Shown here: positions 46,272 to 61,297 of the stretch, in pieces
How positions within the stretch are numbered: position 1 is the first letter of the stretch
Layout of the letters: every line of letters starts with the position of its first letter
From: the human T2T-CHM13v2.0 reference genome, Homo sapiens
DNA: 64,000 nucleotides
NCBI RefSeq assembly: GCF_009914755.1
Contig: NC_060928.1
Strand: one strand, 5' to 3'
Position numbers and translations under genes: made by a program
The notes under the pieces: generated by a model
Seen by the model: only the letters and a program-made list of their open reading frames with translations
Databases searched by the model: none
Told to the model about the DNA's origin: nothing

Positions 46272-47256
46272 CAGAGTTGGCTACGTGATTTGTGGGGCCC
46301 AATGCAAATTGTAAATGTGGGGCCCTGCGTTCAAAAAGCAGGAAGAAAATTACAAACACTAAAATATTGTATAAACTTTTCCCCCTCTTTCTTCTTGTCT
46401 CTCTCTTGACTGCTCAGGGTATTTTAAAATCCCTACTTAAAGTTGTGCTCCTTCTAGTAAGAGGGAATCCCAGGGGAAGTACAGACATTCGCACGTGTCA
46501 GGGATTTCCCTGTAATACAGCATGTTTGTGAGAGACCTACAGGTTGTTGGGTTTGCCCTCCTGCCAGCTGCTGGACCAATACAGCCTGAAGGGCAGGAGG
46601 AGATTGTAAAGTAGTAAGTTTCTCTTTTTCAAAGGCTGTTAGCTCCAGGCACAGTGGATGGGCGATGCCCAGGGTATTGCAACCTCCACAATGGGAAGTA
46701 CTTGGTATCTGGGTTGGGAGTAAGCAAAAGACTCATCCCTGACTAGATGCCTGTCATGATGCTGCCAGCCAGGACCAGGATTGCCACTGTTATGCCCTAC
46801 TCTGAGACACTGTGGGGCATATGACCCAACAACTCTCCCTGCACCTGTGCCCATGCTGCTGCTGGGGGCAAGAGTGGATGATAGTACACGACCTCCCTCC
46901 ATTAATGTGATGTTATCTCTACAGAAGGGCAGGTTGGCAGCAGTGGTCTAAGGGCTAGGGCAGGTAGCGAGGCACTAGCAGTGCTAGTGCATGGGGATCA
47001 AGCAGCCCAGAGCTCTCCGAAAGGAGGTGGTGGGAGATGGAATAGTGCAAGAAAAGCCAAGATTCCAAGTTCCCTTCTCCCCTGCCCCGCAACTCCCATA
47101 TGCTTCATTGATCTATTAGATTTCATTTACAAAATACAAATTCAAAAATAAATTTTTAAGGCAGCAACTGCAGAGCATTGAACCTTACAGGTCAAGCCCT
47201 ACTGAGCATGGACTCTGTAAAACTGCACAGGCCACAGGTCAATGAGGCTACCTCTG
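46272..47256. mobile_element. MER45-like hAT-Tip100 element inside the ERV-L
   Basis: 'ggctacgtgatttgtggggcccaatgcaaa...tggggccctg' start with CAG...CTG termini. Degenerate 8-bp TSD ccttgtaa / cctttaag. Confidence 0.72.
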
Positions 47257-47895
47257 CCTTTAAGACTGGACTGAATATAAGGCCTGATTGGATCTGAGTG
47301 TTTCAAGAGTTGAACTGCGGCAAACACTTATGTCTTCAATTACACTATTTTGACCTGTCTCTGATTTTATCTGCAGTTATGGTCGATAGTTCTGACTGGT
47401 GGTACAACACATACCTTGATTTTCTATTGCATATCTCCACTTTTCTATTTCAGGACCAATTCCACTTCAGCATCATTCCTGAAGACAAAGGAATATGTAA
47501 AGCCCATGAACAGTGTGGCATGAAAGTTTGCAGGTGGTAAAGCCCCTGAAGTCATGTGGGATGGGAGCTGGTGGACAAATGCCCAGCCTATCAAACTCTG
47601 AAGGCTCATTTCTGAGCGACATTCTCCATGTTTTCGAGAGATCTTTGTGACAATGGAATCCTTGGTTTCCACACCATTGTCGTACTGACTTTTCCTCCTT
47701 TCCCTTTCTTTATTCTTGCTTTCTGGGGTCACCTCCCAAATAAATCTCCTGCACCCAAGTCTTTGCCTCAGGCACTAATTTCATGGAATGCAAATTAAGA
47801 TGTGGGTGAGGGAGAATGAGTAGCTAGTGTCATCACTTCTTTTTTTCCAACTATATCTTTCAGTCATTCCCCAGTACCTTCACAATAATTCCTAA

Positions 47896-48278
<383 letters not shown>

Positions 48279-49075
48279 TAAGCTACCCCTCCATTACACT
48301 TTTTAAATTTTTTTTTTTTCTGTTTTATTCTGGTATTCTGAGAGAGTCTCCAGAATTACTCCTTTAATCTCAGATGTATAGGTCAAATAAACAAACCATT
48401 ATTTAGGATGAAAACTTTGAGGTAGTAATGGAGATTTAAACTTCTAAGCTCAGTGTTCTTTCAATAATATAGATGGATGTTCATGACTTTTTGAGTCACA
48501 GCTTTGTCAATAAAAATTGTGTTGCTCTCTTTGGGAGAAATGTTTCTTTTCCAGATATAGATTATAACTGCACTGTGCTGCATGCTGATGTTTATTTGTG
48601 TGGACATGAATGTTTTCATATTTCAACAGTCACTGGGGCCAGAACTGAGATCCAGGGGACTGCAGACAAGATGTGTAGCTTGTTCTTTGTCATTGGCCAG
48701 AAAAATTACCATTAAAAGAATAAAGCTAGGTTTATTGAAGCTCACGCTGGTTCAAAGATTAATCTCCTTTATATTTTAATCACTTTAATTGATGTCTTAG
48801 CCACCTGAGGCAGAAACTTTGCACTCAATCCTTCTCTTATCCTAATCAAATTCCATCAACCCATCTATGTGTCCTTTGACGCTGCCTCTAATTTAAAAAA
48901 AAAAACAGTTCCCTTCTTTCTATTTCCTCTCACTCCACTACTATTTCTTTAGTTTAAGCATTTCTCATCTACAATACTCACTATATTTCTATTCTAATTG
49001 GTCTTCATAGCTCTATTCTTGCTCTTTCTGACATCCCCACACAGATTAAAATGTCAGGCTCTCAGTTGCCTGGAT

Positions 49076-49287
49076 CAGTGTTGTCTAGTAGAACTCCCTG
49101 CTGTGATGGATACATTCTATATCTGTGATGTTCAATAGAATAGCTACTAGTCACCTGTGACTATTGAGTACTTGAAATGTGGCTAGTGAGATTAAATAAT
49201 TGAATTTTAGTTTATTTAATTTCAATTAATTTAAATTTCAAGTTAAGTAGAAACATGTGACTGGGGCTACCATATTGAACAGTACAA
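49076..49287. mobile_element. MER3 hAT-Charlie element
   Basis: 'tagctactagtcacctgtgactattgagtacttgaaatgtggctagtg'. Confidence 0.82.
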
Positions 49288-49711
49288 CTGTGGAATGTAA
49301 ACTCCATGAAGAGATTCTTTCTTAGCCATTGGAGATTGACTATTCTGAATTGTTCCTAAAATCGCATGACCACATTGCTTTACTGTACTTAATTCCTTTA
49401 CTGATATAACTCACTCTGCTAGGTTGTAGCTTCTTGAGGGCAAGGTCATATCCTGAGTACAGCAATAACAATAATCTCAACAAACTTAAGTGGCTAGAAT
49501 GACCATTCATCTGCTCTATGTTCCTGCTTTAGTCGCAGAAACGTTTCCACCAGTAACTCTGCCATCTGGGAGAAATCACTGGAAGAACATCCTTTTCTCT
49601 TACTCCATCATTTACTTGCTATTCTTTATTGGAGGAAGATTATGGAATCTGATTATTAAAATTCTAACATTCATTGGGCCCACATCATATGTACTATTAA
49701 TAGTATGTGAA

Positions 49712-50006
<295 letters not shown>

Positions 50007-50509
50007 AATAGTATGTGATATTACTTTGCCTCAAAGATTGATAACCAAGAAATAGAAGCAGTCTTTTAGAAAAATCCTTGGGGACTAGAGACTGACTCTT
50101 CTGCTTTCTATCATGACAGAAACTACGTTTGTGAGGTAAGCCACAATCTTCTATATTAAGAGTAAATGTATTTGAATTTACCTTTGTATACCTAACTTTA
50201 GGTGGCTTCCAAAGTCTTGACTGAGTAGGAATGGAGAGAGTAGAAAAATAAGGCTCCAATTTGCTCCCAAATTCAAGCTGCTTCTTCAATTCAGTAATAC
50301 CAAGGAGCTCTATACTTTAGGGGTCATAAGTGCTTTATTTAATTATCATTTGACTCTCATTGGTTTCTTGCATCTTGTCTCAATCGGTTAAAACCTAGAA
50401 GGAAAATTTATTTTTGTTTGGTACTTTATGGTCTCCAAGATTAATAATTGCTAATATTTAATTTCAGACTTACTCTGTGTTATAAAACGTTGGATACTTT
50501 ATCCCTTCT

Positions 50510-51060
50510 TTCATTCAAATGATGTATATTGATGTCTATGCTGCTCTAAGAACTATGCTAGGTAATAGAGACACAGCAGTCTACAAAACAAACCTGTTTT
50601 CTGCTTTTATGGAGCTTAATATTACAGAGGTAAAGACAGGTAACAAACTTACAATAAGATAGGCAAAAAAATACATATTTGTAAAGTGTTTTGAAGAAAA
50701 TAAAGTGCTATGATGAAAAAAGATAGGGTGTGGCGGGATACTTTTAGACAAGTTTAGTGGGTAACCCCAGAAGACCTTTAATTGGAGACCTTAAGAATAA
50801 GAATAACAAGCTATAGAATGTCCTGGGAGAGGAGTGTTCCCCACTAAATAAAACAGCATATCCAATGACCTCAGGTAGATAGTAGCATGAAAATCCATTC
50901 TAAGTGACAGTCTGGAGTAAACTTATTATTGCCCATACTGCAGGTGAGGAGGCTGAGCATAGAGGTGTAAACTGACTTGCCAAAGTCAAACAGCTAGTAA
51001 GTGGCAAAGCCAGAATTTGAACCACATCTATTGGACTCAGAGACCATGATCTAGATAGTG
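50510..51060 (-). mobile_element. L2 fragment followed by MIR
   Basis: 'aactatgctaggtaatagagacacagcag...tggagctta' (L2), then 'caggtgaggaggctgagcatagagg...gacttgccaaagtcaaacagctagtaagtggc' (MIR). Confidence 0.7.
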
Positions 51061-54000
51061 AGCATCTAACATAAAAGGTTCTTAAATGAATGAAAAGATA
51101 AGTAAATAAGTGTTTGAAAAGAAATCTATATGGACTATTAAAACTGATCTGGTCAGAGAAAATATCACTACTAGTCTTACAACAGGGATTTTATTTAAGG
51201 CAAAAGGTCTTGTAAATTATAACCACTGAAGTAATACAGGGTTATAATTCTGCCTGAGGATAAGCTTTGGGGACATATAGATTTGACACCCTTCGATTTT
51301 GACAGCCACTTAATAAAGTAGTTAAGTGACTTCTTACTATTTTAAAAATAGTAAGATTTTTATGATAATATCATTGCTTTAGCTATATAGGAGGATTTGT
51401 TTAGTGTTTAATATAGTTTTCCACTTAGTTCGTGAAAAAATGTATATCAGATTATGCTATCTCTAGGTCCCACCGTATTATTATTATCAATATCTTTTAC
51501 TATCTATAACTATTATGATCAAAATCTTTGATCTACTGGAAAGAGCTACAATGAAGTTAATCTCTCAGGAGTAATATCTCAGAAAGATTCTCCAGGACTT
51601 AGATTAAACCTTGAAAAAATAAGTCAAAATCATAGGAGAGTCTTATTACAAATTGTTTACTTACAGGTATAAGATGTCACTGGCTAGAGGACATCCAAAG
51701 ATTACTTTAAGCCAGTGATTTGTAACATTTTATTGACAGGTAGCCCTTTGTGAATTTAATGAAGTCTGTGAGTCATCTCCTTCCAAAATATACATACACA
51801 AATTTTGAAGATTTACAGGGATCTTCAGTTCCCTAAGGCTAACTAAATTCAATAATGCCAGCTTTAATGTCTTAGGTTCTAGGTCATTTCTCTAGAAATA
51901 TCCCTGTAAAATTGACGTATATATTTTAATTATTTCATTCATTCTCTTTTTTTTTGATTTTCATGTATTTTTCGAGTTTCATATACTTCTATTTTATACA
52001 TCTTTCTCTTTTTTCACATTATACATAGTCTTATGTTAAGGTCTAAAATCATGTTTATGTACGTGTACACATGTACGTGTTTGTGTATATATATGTGCAC
52101 ATGTATATACACATCCAGTATATACACGTCTAAAATGCTTTATTGATTTTCAGTCTTATATCTAGGTCCCAGGCTTTTTCCTTGGCTCCTCAGAAAGGAT
52201 GAAGTGTGGTGATGCCCTCATTTCCTCTGAGATACTTACTCTATCAATAGTTCCTTGTTATATGTTTCTGCTCTTTCACACAAGATTCATTGTTCTTTTC
52301 CTCCTTCCCCCAAGTCTATTGACTCAAAATATTTGCATTTTATATAACTATCATATCAAGTGACACATTCACCAAAATAACAAGGATAATAAATTCAACA
52401 TCATGGTTCAATTGTTGTATAATGTTTTATTTTTAATTTAAAAGTTTTTATCTTTTAAGGCCAAATTTCTTAATATCAGAAATTATTGAAACACAATTCA
52501 TGTTCCAAAGTGGGTACATTTAATTAACTAGTTTTTTATTTTTTAGGGCCCATCCAACTCCATCCAGATTCATCATACTTGTGCTATTGCACTAGTCCCC
52601 AGGAAAATTAGGCATGAGTATGGACGAACTGTTATGCAAATATATTGCGTTAAAACAGATGCAACTCTGAGTGGCTTTCTTCCTATCAGTGTTCCCCCAG
52701 AGTGACACTGATTGAAAAAAATATAACATTCTTATAGTTAATTTGGGAAGTGTTCACGTGGATGACACTCCACTCTTAGAATTGCCTTGAAGTAGTAGCA
52801 ATACTTGTTACTAACTAAAAGGGTTCTGTGGTCAAACACTTGGGGAATCACTGAACTAAACTTACTTGAGCCTTTTTATTTCTAGGATTTTTTTGTGATG
52901 CTCTAAAAGAGAGTGAAATATAGAGGGTTTTCAAACTACTTTTACTTTGACTGGAAGAATTTTTCTTAAAGAACAAGGAACATTTACTTTTTGGAAACCT
53001 TCTTCTAAAAAGAGTAAGGACATTTATTTTTTTGGTAGGGAGGGACTTTCTTCTACATTCTGGATAATCAGGGCCATGTGCTTTAACAGGATGTAAAGGG
53101 GAAGCTCATGATTAAACATGGGAAATATGCAGCAAATTGCAAGACCTGAGCTTAACCGCATAATTAGAACATAATTTTTCACTTCTTCCAGAGCATCAGC
53201 CAAGCAAAGGACTGAGAAATCTGCAACCCAATTGTCCTAAAAAGAAACTTAGGCTTCACATTTGTGACATAATTTCTTTTAAAATGAATATAAAATTTTA
53301 TTTTTTATATTTGTAGAGCATAGGATGATTGAAATCCAGTTGTTGTTTTGTCTGACCTCCATATCTAATATGGCTAGTGCCGTTACTACTCTACAGAACG
53401 CGCAATAAGTCATTTTCTTTTATTCTTACATCAGAGTGGAAACTCTTCAAGTGTTATCCTTTAAAATGTCTATAACAAAAGTTTTATTTTATTTTATTTT
53501 TAATCTTCAGCATAATTTATGGAAATTTATTTGCTGACATGGCTCAGAGCACCTCATCTATAGGCTATTTCTTTATTTGGACAATCAGTTAAACATATGC
53601 TTTCTAGCTTCTACTTTCATGACAAAGAATACACTAGTTGGCAAAATTTTGGATAAAAACGTGATTGTTTAATGCGTATAATATATTTCTTAGTGTTAGA
53701 AGATTTGTGTTAAATCCTCGTTATAAAAATGCTTAAAATAATGTATTATTAAGCAAGATTGTCTCTTTGGTTCTGGGTGATATGTTTAATTTTCTAGGAT
53801 GTTTCCCATTCGGTGGTACCTTTGTTTTGCTCTTCCTTTTGTACATTTGCAAGTAATATATCTGAGAAACATATTCAACATGAAATTAATAAAATATAAG
53901 GTTTAGTGTAGTTGATTGGGGTTAAAAAATTTAAAATACAAATTTTAGATATCTACTTTTGTTTACCATATGTAAAGTAATGTCTTTTATTGGTTAGGAA

Positions 54001-54599
54001 GTATAGGAAGAGATATAAGTTGTTTTCAAGGTAAGGAGGTCAGTTTGGGTACTCTACTTTTACAATGCCTACAGTACAGCCGATAAGAGATGTTTAGTAA
54101 AAAGTTATATATAAGAAGCTATATGTTACAGAAAAGACCAGGATTGGAGATTTAGTATGCAATACTATACTGAATATCATTTATTAAAATTGAAGACTTA
54201 CTAGCTTCAATTTCCTAGGGAAAGCATACGGCATGAGATGGGAAGAGTATAAAATGTATGATCTTTATTATATCAGCATTTGAAAGAAAGGCAGAATAAT
54301 ATTTTTAAGTGGAAATGACTGAGAATAAATAACCAGAAAAGTAGGCAAATCAGAAAATGGGTTATTGGATGCCAAGAAAAGGCAACTGAGGAAAGAAGGT
54401 CAATATAGTATGTCATCAAGCCAAAGGGCCACAGATGAGACAAATTGAGCCTTTGCTTACTTTTAAATAATGATAGCACACACATACAAACTCACCAATC
54501 AACTTATGCTTTCTCTATATAAAATCTATCTCAGAATAATTAAGTAATTGATGAGGGGAAATCAGTCTTTATAAAGACAGTTTGGTAATTAAGTGAAAA

Positions 54600-55285
54600 A
54601 TCAGCATTGTGAAATTATTAACGAATAATGATTTGACAATGATCATCAATTACTCTTAACATCACAGGAAGTCAGTTTGACTTTAAGTGTGGCTTGATGG
54701 AAGTATACAAAACTACCTATGATGTATTCTTAAAAACCTCAATCCTGAATCTGATTGAACTTGTAAACCCAACTACTAATTTACCAGAAATGAAGGGAAT
54801 ATAAAAACATGTTAAAGGACTAAACAGTAAAGTAACTGATAAAATATTGAGCATTTTCAAAAAATGAAATAGAAGAAACAGGGAGAACAGGAGGAAGGAA
54901 GAAAGATTATAAATTAACAGAGACTTTATTTGAATACTGATACAAAAATCTGTAAAAAAAAAGATGTATAATAAAGCAGGGGAATGCTGATTGGATATCG
55001 AAGATAATTTTAAAATATTGCACATTTTTAGGTAGTGTAAAGGTACTATAATTAGTTTTAAAATAACCTTTCTACATTAGAGATACACACTGAAGTAATT
55101 ATTTATGAAATAATTAGATATCTGGGATTTTTGTTCAGCTCATCTCGGAGAGGAGACAGTCGGTAGGGTTGTTAACACAACAAGATTGGCATTGAGTTGA
55201 TAACTGTTGAAGCTGGGTTTCATGTACAAGGAAATTTATTAAAACTTTATTGAGTTTTATATGTGTTTAAAATTTTCAATAACAT
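54600..55285 (+). mobile_element. Ancient L1M (L1MC/L1ME-like) 3' UTR fragment
   Basis: 'tagagatacacactgaagta' and 'caagattggcattgagttgataactgttgaagctggg'. Boundaries approximate. Confidence 0.6.
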
Positions 55286-55419
55286 TACGTGAAAGCAAAA
55301 AGAGAATGAGAGAAAAGATTGCAGTGAAATAAATGAGAGGGAGAGATAAAAAGTGAAGGTAAGTCTTTTATATGTTTTGACACTGAAGAAATGGTAGAGT
55401 AGGGTATATAAAAATAACG

Positions 55420-55980
55420 TTTACTAAAGAATTATTATGTGCTGGATACTATTTTCAAATTCTCTATTAATATATTCTTAGCTTTTTGCCAGTTATGTTC
55501 TCATTTAATAGACGAGATACCTCAGGGCTAAGCGCCTAAATGGCTTGCCTGCATTCTCACAATTACTAACTAACAAAGCAGAATTTGGCATGCTGGCCCC
55601 AGAGAACCAGCATGCCTTACTCCCTCTTCATGACACAGAGGGTAAGGTGAAGGGAATCATGGGGAGTGATTGCTGCGGATATTCAAGAATAGGAGTAACT
55701 AATGGAATAGATTCCAAAGCAAGAAAGCGGGCATCATATGGAACTCAGAGGGAGAAGGCTTATTTGAAAGAGCAGCTGAGATACAGTACTGAACTACGTT
55801 ATCTGAGGAAAGTCACTTAGCCATTGCATAGTCTCTTTTCTACATTTGTTCAAAACAAAAACAGAAGAAATCTCAGTTAAAGAACTGTCATGAGAATTAA
55901 ATGAAAATATATGTGAGAGTATCCAATACATTTTCTGGGAAGATGTGGGTCTTTAACAGATATTTGTATTATTGTTATTA
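55420..55980. mobile_element. Two MIR fragments in opposite orientation
   Basis: MIR core remnants at ~55490-55600 and ~55800-55980. Confidence 0.5.
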
Positions 55981-58085
55981 ATCCTCACCATTTTCTTTAT
56001 ATGCCTTTGTCACTAGATTACAGGAACACGTTTGTAAGTCTTGGGGTTGTTAAAGACTGTCAATTCACTAGATCCATGATTTTAATTGTCAACAGTATTG
56101 AACTTTCTCAGTTTCCTCATTCACAAAAAGAAGATAATAATCTTGGTCCTGTTTAATACACAGAATCCCTTTAAAAATTAAATCAGAAGATATTTGAAGA
56201 AATGTTAAGATTTTATGAACTTCTTCCAAAGTCTCAATATTCAAACAAACAGAACTAAGATAAAGACAACAGGTCTCCAGTTGTTAGCCCAGGGTGTTTT
56301 TATTTTTTAAGGAGGAGCAAGCTTCCTTCTTGATATTTTTTCTGCATTTGTATATATATCAATTGTTGTCTTCCCAGAGCACATTGGCCCTTGTTGCCAA
56401 AAACATCACCTAATTTCTAGCATCAAAGATATGATGGAAGATGTCTGTATGTTACGACATGGAAACTCGTGGCAAGCCCACTACATGATGTTTTATAAGA
56501 TATTCACTATCTAATACTCAGCTGGGATGCAATTATATTAAGGTAATTAGAATGCCCAATGGCTCCAGGATATGAAAGATCCTCATACTTGCATGTTGAT
56601 TTATTCTTGCAGAATAGTCCAAGAACTAATTTTAAATTGTGAATGTATTTGTTTCCCACTTAATCTATAATATTTCTAATTTCAAACATATAGTAGCAGC
56701 TTAGAATATTTTATTTGGGAGTCTTAAGGGTACAAATTTATTTAGAAAAAGTGTAAAGGAGTTCACCTTGAAGCTACCTATTCACTGGAAACAGATTTTT
56801 ATTTATTTATTTTTCCTCTGGAGCCTAAAATAAAGCTACTGAAAATTATGTAGGAAGAGAATGGACTAACTATAGTCTTCCCTATAAACGTTGTGTTATC
56901 ACTTTTTTGGAAGTCCCAAGTTTTTCTGTGAGTCTGTGAAAAATTTTTAAGTGAACTGCTAGCCAAAAAATGGGGCTCACTTTCAGTTCTATACCATTTA
57001 AAATTAAATAAATAGATAGTTCCCGACCTGTTCAGCCCCCATAATAGAAAATAACAAGTTTATATTTTTTCTTTTTTTTGCACAGATCAAAGCAAAATCT
57101 ATAAAGATTTATAAAGCTCACTCACAAACAGGCCATATTACAGTTACTTGGTTAGAATCTCTTGTGTTGCATACAGACATCTGATTTGCCTTTATCAGGC
57201 TTTTCTCCATAGAAACAGAATTTGGGCACTGAAGTCTATTAAATGGACTCACTGGTGAAGAAAGAAAAGATAATGGCATGCTTTCTTCCATTTTACCTTC
57301 TCATATTAATTTAAAATAATATATTCTTTTTTTTCTTAGAAAGTAGTGTGACAAAAAAAGATGTAAGAAGACAATCTGAGGAAGATATGTAAATCAAGCC
57401 CAGAAGTAGATTTGTGTATATCAGCAAATATAGCAATAGGTGGACATTATGTGCAATTCCAGAGAACAAAGAGTCCAAAAAAGGATATCATTTCTTGACA
57501 CCTTAAGGTAGATAGAAGGTCTCTGACCTTCACTTAGAGGCTAGGGTCTAAGAAGGATCTTTCATATATACCTCCTAAAACAGATACTCTTCAATGAATT
57601 TAGAACATGTAAACCACATCGGAACTGAAACTTAACTTCTCAGTTCTAGCAAAGAGATCACGTTCTCCTAATGGATAGATTATCTCATACTGTGAACTTG
57701 AAAGTATTAATAGCTCATACTGGCTGTACCTGTGTTGAGATCATATTTGCATTGCTGAATAAAGAAACCTGGTGCTTTTCGTCAAAGTTATCGACTTACT
57801 CTTTTTTGAGTGTGAGTTTTAAAAATTGATTGATTGATTATATGACTTAAATAAATGGATGAAAATGCTTGTTGCTCAAGATAAAGGTTTCTTATCAGCA
57901 TGGTTTGAGACATTTATCATGCCAATGAATACTATGAACCACAGAAATAATATTAAAGTACATATTTTAGAAAGAAGGGAAAGTAAAAAAAAAATTAAAA
58001 TCATAATCTCCTGGCTGATATTTAAATTTATCAATAAATTATAAAATGCATTTATAGATAAATATTTAGAGCTCTGTTTAGGTGG

Positions 58086-58420
58086 GGATATCGTTTGGAT
58101 ATGTGTCCCCACCAAATCTCATGTTGAAATGTAATCCCCAATGCTGGAGGTAGAGCCTGGTTGGAGGTGATTGGATCATGGGGCTGATTTCTCATGGTTT
58201 AACACCATCCCCATTTGGTGCTGCCCTCATGGTATTAAGTTCTCCTGAGATCTGGTTGTTTAAAATTGTGTGGCACCCCCCCCACACACAGCCTTGCTTC
58301 TGTTCCTGTCATGTAAGTTCTGCTTGTTTTCCCTTCGCCTTCCGCTATGGCTGAACTTCCTGAGGCCTCCCCAGAAGTCAAGTATATGCTAGATTCATGT
58401 TCCTGTAGAGCCTGAAGAAT
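58086..58420 (+). mobile_element. MSTA-like MaLR LTR, 3' end missing
   Basis: 'gatatcgtttggatatgtgtccccaccaaatctcatgttgaaatgtaatcccca' ... 'cctgaggcctccccagaag'. Confidence 0.88.
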
Positions 58421-60514
58421 ATTTTTTTTGTTAGGAGCAGTATAAGAAACCATGATTTTTTTGGAAAAACACAGCCAAATTTCTACTTGTCATCTAATTG
58501 AGGAAAGAAGCCTAGACCAAAGTCTGAACACCTGCAAAATCTCTTTGAATTAATAAGTTACGCTATTTAAAATGGTTTACTCATGGTGAGTGTATTTTAT
58601 CTCATGAAGTAACCTGCCACATATAAACAGTGTTTAATTTTAAAAAGTCTTTTTTTCATTACTCATTTTAGAGAGTAAACTTTAACATGAAATTTGCTGT
58701 TGAATTTTATTATCATAATAAAAATGCTAATTAATAGAGAAATTTTTCTTTTTGTTTAAAAATTCAATATCACAAAATTGTATAAGATTCTTAACAAATT
58801 TCTACTTTCTGGAAATATAAGATCACTTGGAAATGTCAAATTGAAAATAATCATCACATCACACATCTTAATATTTTTCATAATCAATATTTTTTAAAAG
58901 TAAAGAAAAAATTTAAGAGCAAATAACTCTTGCTGTGTAAAAACATTTATCCATATATCAGCATTTCTCCAGCTTCATCCGACTTATTTTTTAACCTGCT
59001 AAATTAAAGTAAAATTACCTTTAATATTTTATGTACAACTCTGCCTGATTTAAATAGCTACTGTGGATTTTCATAAATACAAACTTATTTATTTTATGTT
59101 GGATGTAGCAGCAATTTGGTAGCTAGTCTCTTGTAGACGTCAATGTTCTATAAGTGAAATTCAGATATTATAGCTGAAAATAACCAACAAATATTATTTG
59201 CAACTTCCTGAGCTTGTAGTTTCAGACACTATGACCTATATTACAAAAACATCCTGAATTAGATCATGTTGCTACTCAGTGGCAGAATAACAAATAAGGA
59301 AAACTATTTTTGATTACCAAAGTTTGGCTTATTCCAAAAGCTGAACATGTTAGAGGTGTATTCAGTCAGACCCTGGTTTCTACCCAATGTTCACACTTTG
59401 CTTATTGTAAATGTGCAATTCATTGTTTCCTGATGACTCTCAGTCCTTGTGTCAATTAAGCCAGAATGTTGGAATAAATGATACTGTTATCTCAATAGCA
59501 TGGGCAACAGTGTGGAATCAGAATTGTGTGATGGGAAGTTCATAGGTTTACTCTCAAATAAATGTGGATTTCATCAGCCTTTGAAGAGCAGTCAGGCCTT
59601 GGACAAGTTTTGGACAGCTTTACGCTGTTTTTTCTTCATCATTAAAATGGAGTCAATAATATGTATCCAAAAGGTAAAAGTGGAAAATTAGAATACAGAA
59701 TGGTGTATTCTCATTAAATGCTAACATTTTCACTATCACTTCTTCCTTTCTACCTGGTCATATAATCTTTACTTCTGAAGAAAAGCAGAGGCAAAAATAA
59801 TAGTCTACCTAGTGACAAAGAACTCAGAATTATTTACATAAAATATATACTAAAATATTAAATAATATCATTTGTAGTTGTTATTTTATACATATGATAC
59901 ATATGAGAAGGAGTTGTGGATTATTCCCATAGGCATGGTGATGTTACATATTGTGACATAAATGCAAACAACTAGAAATATAATTTATTTCCTTGAATAC
60001 AGTGCATTGTTTGCTATGCTTTCTACAAAAAGAGACCAGTATGACACAATACTTACAGAAAAAGAGGGAGGTGTTTGTACTAAATGACACCTCTTCCTGT
60101 GACAATGCAACTCTTCCGCTCTATGCCGTAAGCACATGTATGGAGAGGAGATAGTCTTGGGCTGATGCTGATCAATAAAAGTCTCTTTTCTTTTTCCAGA
60201 TAGTGTGCATAGTTTTCTGTTTTTTCCAAATAATATATTACACTGTCACAAATCAACTTCTAATTAGATTTTGACACAGTAATGCACCTGTGCTACAATT
60301 TTAGTGTTAATCTCCATATGCAAAAATTATTTAAATGCAGGCTCATGAATCTGTTTTAGAAGAAAATGGATGCTAATGGCCTGTAAAATATTTAGCATAA
60401 GAAGTTGAAACATTGTTATTAGAAGTAACTGAAAACATTACACAAAGGCTATAAGTTTAAACTTTCCAGAGAGGGTCAAGCATGACAATCAGATGTAACT
60501 GTATTCAAAGGGTT

Positions 60515-60520
60515 TTTATT
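60515..60520 (-). terminator. Candidate polyadenylation signal (AATAAA)
   Basis: Minus strand reads ...tgtacatgc...cagaaAATAAAaaccctttgaatacagttacatctgattgtcatg..., followed by a T/GT-rich tract. Confidence 0.45.
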
Positions 60521-61257
60521 TTCTGAAAAAATATAAAATTTCATATCTTACACTACAAAAAGCATGTACACAAACCAAATGCACATAAAGATTCAAATGA
60601 GAAAAAATACAGAAATCCTAATCCTTCTTTGAATTAACTGTGAGACAGGAACTTGAGATAGCCTGATGTATATCATAGAATAAGATATGCTATATAGCTG
60701 CTTCTGACATGTCTGAAACTAAGAGATTTTGGTAAAAATACTAACAAATGACTGAGTCTAAGTATTCTCAGGCTCTTATAAATGTAACTACTCACTTTTA
60801 AATAATTGACTGTAAAACTACAGCAGCCTAAAGAGTCATAGATATGTTGACCACTGAAACTTCTACTGTGAATACAGTTCCCAGCCTGAATAAACATGAC
60901 ATTTTACCACCTTCAATTTTCTCCATTAACGTTTAGAAGAAACAAACAACATTTGATTCTGATTATTATAAACAGACTTTTTTTCTTTTAAAAGAATTGG
61001 TATCTTCTTCTAAGCAATGATTATGTGGTCATTCTGAACAAGAACATTCAATCATTTATGTGTGAAAAGATTTCTTCATAAATGAATAAGAAATGAAAAG
61101 AAAGTTCCTATTTCTATTTTGATACATTACTATATAATTAACAGCACAATAGAGAAAATTATTCAATGTAAACAGCTGTGCTACAGAGTTGAAAAAATGA
61201 TGACTTATTTTACTTATTAATGTCAAATAAAGCTAGCATTTTGATTCCATTTATTCT

Positions 61258-61297
61258 TCATCATCATCATCATCATCATCATCAGGATCATCATCAT
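61258..61297. repeat. Interrupted (CAT)n trinucleotide repeat
   Basis: tcatcatcatcatcatcatcatcatcaggatcatcatcat. Confidence 0.92.

Larger units (their letters stand above)
42860..47800 (+). mobile_element. Ancient ERV-L-class provirus (LTR16/LTR33-like LTRs, decayed pol/IN/dUTPase)
   Basis: LTR-end motifs 'aaataacttgca...gcctcaaattttgctttggggaac...aactaaga' (~43085-43148) and 'cccaaataaatctcctgcacccaagtctttgcctcagg' (~47735-47800). Integrase SDQGSN near 45015; dUTPase GVIDPDY at 45891. Outer boundaries approximate. Confidence 0.7.
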
